DNA of 52,445 bases. It comes from Octopus bimaculoides. Its lineage: Eukaryota. Every line of letters begins with the position of its first letter. The first letter of the stretch is position 1. The DNA lies in the NCBI RefSeq assembly GCF_001194135.2, contig NC_068999.1, forward strand, positions 3,844,160 through 3,896,604. Reading direction: 5' to 3'. Positions 48,941-52,445 of this stretch are shown here, in pieces. Below the pieces are notes generated by a model. It searched no databases, had not been told where the DNA came from, and saw only the letters and a program-made list of their open reading frames with translations. Position numbers and translations under genes: made by a program.

Positions 48941-49647
48941 NNNNNNNNNNNNNNNNNNNNNNNNNNNNNNNNNNNNNNNNNNNNNNNNNNNNNNNNNNNN
49001 NNNNNNNNNNNNNNNNNNNNNNNNNNNNNNNNNNNNNNNNNNNNNNNNNNNNNNNNNNNNNNNNNNNNNNNNNNNNNNNNNNNNNNNNNNNNNNNNNNNN
49101 NNNNNNNNNNNNNNNNNNNNNNNNNNNNNNNNNNNNNNNNNNNNNNNNNNNNNNNNNNNNNNNNNNNNNNNNNNNNNNNNNNNNNNNNNNNNNNNNNNNN
49201 NNNNNNNNNNNNNNNNNNNNNNNNNNNNNNNNNNNNNNNNNNNNNNNNNNNNNNNNNNNNNNNNNNNNNNNNNNNNNNNNNNNNNNNNNNNNNNNNNNNN
49301 NNNNNNNNNNNNNNNNNNNNNNNNNNNNNNNNNNNNNNNNNNNNNNNNNNNNNNNNNNNNNNNNNNNNNNNNNNNNNNNNNNNNNNNNNNNNNNNNNNNN
49401 NNNNNNNNNNNNNNNNNNNNNNNNNNNNNNNNNNNNNNNNNNNNNNNNNNNNNNNNNNNNNNNNCCTATTTTTTTAATATTTGTTTTTAGTTTACGTCCT
49501 CATTCTATCCCTTCCCGTTAATTTTAAGGATGTTCACTTCCCTGGACTTCTATCAACATCTTAATTGATGTGAAACAACATATCTTTATTTTTGCTGATA
49601 AAACCAAGCGAATATCGGGTTTCCATACATTGTACATATATATATAT

Positions 49648-49701
<54 letters not shown>

Positions 49702-50430
49702 TTCTACGTAGTACCAGCATGGGTGCAACGTAAAAAGCACCCAGTACACTCTGTGAAAAAAAAAGGTGGGTATCCAGCCGTAGAAACCTTGCTAAAATAG
49801 ACAATTTGAGCCAGATCCTGTCAAACCGTCCAACCCATGCCAGCATGAAAAACGGGCGTTGAATGAAGATGATATGAATATAAGAGGGTGAGAGAGTGAG
49901 ACACAGAGAGGGAGGGAAGGAGAGATACGTACATTCCATACATACATATACACACACACATATATATAACACACACACCATACATACACCATACACACAC
50001 GCGCGCACACACAGGTGTGAAATGTGAAGTTATGTTGCTATTCTGTTTACTTGTAAACCTCCCACCGCTGCTATTACCGACATCGTTTCCCTGTCAGGTC
50101 ACCATTCAACTTTTCATTAAACTAATACAAATTTTGCACTAATTTCGTTCATACATTTTTTTAGTCTTTTTTATATATATATATATATTTATTTATTTAT
50201 TTGAGCCTTGCTTCTTCTATTTTTTCTCTTTCTTTTGTTCCTCCACACCTACCCCGTCCTCGCCCACCCCTCCTTCTCACCGACGAAGGAAACTACTTGA
50301 TACAATCAGCAACCAATTGCTCTCTTTAAACAAAGAAATAACATGAACCAACGAAGGAACCGCCGCCACATGGTCACTGGATCTGGCAGAAATAGCAGCT
50401 AAATCTCACACGAATTACAGTGTAACTAAA

Positions 50431-50754
50431 TGGCACTCCGTCGTAACCGACGATAAGAGTTCCAGTTGATCCGATCAATGGAACAGCCTACTCGTGAAAT
50501 AATGTGCAAGTGGCTGAGTATTCCAGTGACACGCAAAACCCTTATCGTAGTTCTCAGGCAGATTCAGCGTGGCTCAGAATACGACGAGGCCGGCCCTTTG
50601 AAATACAGGTACTACACATTTTTGCCAGCTGAATGGACTGGCGCAACGTGAAATAAAGAGTCTTGCCCAAGGACACAACGCACTGCCTGGAATTGAACTC
50701 ATGACCTTATGATTGTGAGCCGAACACCCTAACCATTAAGCCACGCGCCTTCAC
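50431..50754 (-). mobile_element. tRNA-derived SINE, family C (near full length)
   Basis: Minus strand GTGAAGGCGCGTGGCTTAATGGTTAGGG...GAGTTCAATTCC...GTGTCCTTGGGCAAGAC; related pieces at 25438, 30810, 35165. Confidence 0.82.
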
Positions 50755-50824
50755 TAATTACAGTTTACCATCTTAAGAAGTAGTAGAGTGTAGTCCTGAG
50801 TTCTATGTACACAGGAAAAGGTGA

Positions 50825-50884
50825 GATGGCCATGGTGGGAGTGCCTTTCATCATGATGGCCATGGTGGGAGTGCCTTTCATCAT
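50825..50884. repeat. Perfect 30-bp tandem duplication (GATGGCCATGGTGGGAGTGCCTTTCATCAT x2)
   Basis: Seen directly. Confidence 0.95.
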
Positions 50885-50980
50885 AAATTTGCCTGAACAT
50901 GAAGTGAACAAGGGAGGAGCGAACTGAGAGTATTAAGGGCCCTCGGGCATAACTGTTTACCGAGCCCCTTAGCATTGAAA

Positions 50981-51410
50981 GGAGTGGCTGTGAGGTAAGT
51001 AGCTTGCTTACCAACCACATGGTACTGGGTTCAGTCCCACTGCGTGGCACCTTGGGCAAGTGTTTTCTACTATAGCCTCGGGCCGACCAAAGCATTGTGA
51101 GTGGATTTGGTAGACGGAAACTGAAAGAAGCCCATATATATGTGTTTGTGTGTGTGTGTGTGTGTGTGCGCGCGCGCGCGCGTCTGTGTGTGTGTTTGCG
51201 TGTCTGTGTTTGTCCCCCCCACCATCGCTTGACAACCGACGTTGGTGTGTTTACGTCCCCGTAACTTAGCAAAAGTTCAGCAAAAGAGATCGATAGAATA
51301 AGTACTAGGCTTACAAAGAATAAGTCCTGGGGTCGATTTGTTCGACTAAAGGCGGCGCTCCAGCATGGCCGCAGTCAAATGACTGAAACCAATGAAAAAG
51401 AAAAAAAAAC
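50981..51410 (+). mobile_element. SINE family B (full length)
   Basis: Head GGAGTGGCTGTGAGGTAAG...GGGTTCAGTCCC, central (TG)n, tail and A-rich end. Confidence 0.9.
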
Positions 51411-52249
51411 AAAGAACGTAGAGTGCTGACCCTTCAGAGCTCCAGTCCCTCGGGCAGTGCCCGATTGACCGACGGCTCAGTCCGCCCCCTGGACCAGGGA
51501 ATAAACAACAACAACAATAACAACAACAACAACAAAAGCAACAGCGTTTCCAATATTTCTTTATTGACACCTAATAGTCTGTTGCCAACGTTATTTACCC
51601 CTAGGTCAACTGTAACCAACGGCGTCCCAACCGTAGCCATCCAATAAATTGCATATCTAGAATTGCCTTTATCCGGCGTCGCATTCCTTTCTTCTTCTTG
51701 AGAAAGTCAGGGCGTTAATTCAGGGTGGATTTTGCTGCTTATTGTCACTGTTACTTCCACTTGTGAAAGTTCTAAAGGGGTGGGCGGCCCACCCCACCGT
51801 CGCTACCCGTTCTTCAAGTAAAGACAGACACACAGACAGATAGACATATTTTCGCCCTCCCACCTCTCCCTCACACGCCACATTTCCCGACATATTACTT
51901 CCGTCTCCTGAATTTCCCATGGAAAAAGTTGAAAAGGGAAGTGGTAACTTCAATGACACCACCTCCAATGTCACTACCACCGCTACCACCATGACCGGCA
52001 CCACCACCGACACCACCACCAACCCCCACCACCATCACCGTCTGCGTCTCCACCAACATCATCATTGTCACCACCACAACCATCACCACCACATCATCAG
52101 CATCATATTCATCATCGTCGTCGTCATCATCATCATCGTCGTCTTCATCATCATCATATTCGTCGTCGTCGTTGTCGCCATATCATCATCATCATCATCA
52201 TCACCGCCATCATCGTAATTTTCACCGACAACCTCCCTCCAGATCAGAC

Positions 52250-52415
52250 AAATTTGGTGGGGAGTGGGGGCACTCGATTGCCCAACTGGTACTTAATTTA
52301 TCGACCCCGAAACGATGAAAGGCAAAGTCGACCTCGACGGAATCTGAACTCAGAACGTAAAAACAGACGAAATACCGCTAAGCATTTCGTCCTGCATGCA
52401 AACGTTTCTGCCAAT
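52250..52415 (-). mobile_element. SINE family A
   Basis: ACTGGTACTTAATTTATCGACCCCG...GTCGACCTCG...GAACTCAGAACGT...AATACCGCTAAGCATTTCG. Confidence 0.85.
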
Positions 52416-52445
52416 TTAATTACCATATATATGTACATATTAATG

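Noticed and set aside
50279-50300. CCGACGAAGGAAAC and the similar CTGACGAAAC at about 39605
   Set aside because: No helix II between the core halves and no helix I or III.
51895-52218. His/Thr/Val-rich ORFs
   Set aside because: They derive from degenerate (CAC/CAT/CGT)n microsatellite.

Overview
Eukaryotic draft-assembly window, AT-rich and very dense in microsatellites, with about 17 N-gaps totalling roughly 8 kb. The SINE families and repeat landscape look cephalopod, probably Octopus (inference). Best-supported content: (1) a divergent cluster of four intact tRNA-Val genes (3 TAC, 1 CAC) plus a 3'-half tRNA-Val remnant at 24.2-29.8 kb; (2) three tRNA-derived SINE families in many copies; (3) a mariner-derived foldback element made of two 5' ends, a Tc1-type MITE, RTE LINE remnants and a Penelope-like RT remnant; (4) five type I hammerhead-ribozyme-like motifs, all on the + strand, one with an unusually extended helix II; (5) a few candidate + strand exons of an unidentified gene. 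Nearly all ORFs in the supplied track are artefacts of microsatellites and N-runs. There is no prokaryotic or CRISPR content. SINE and LINE boundaries are approximate; the tRNA, ribozyme and TIR coordinates were counted by hand.
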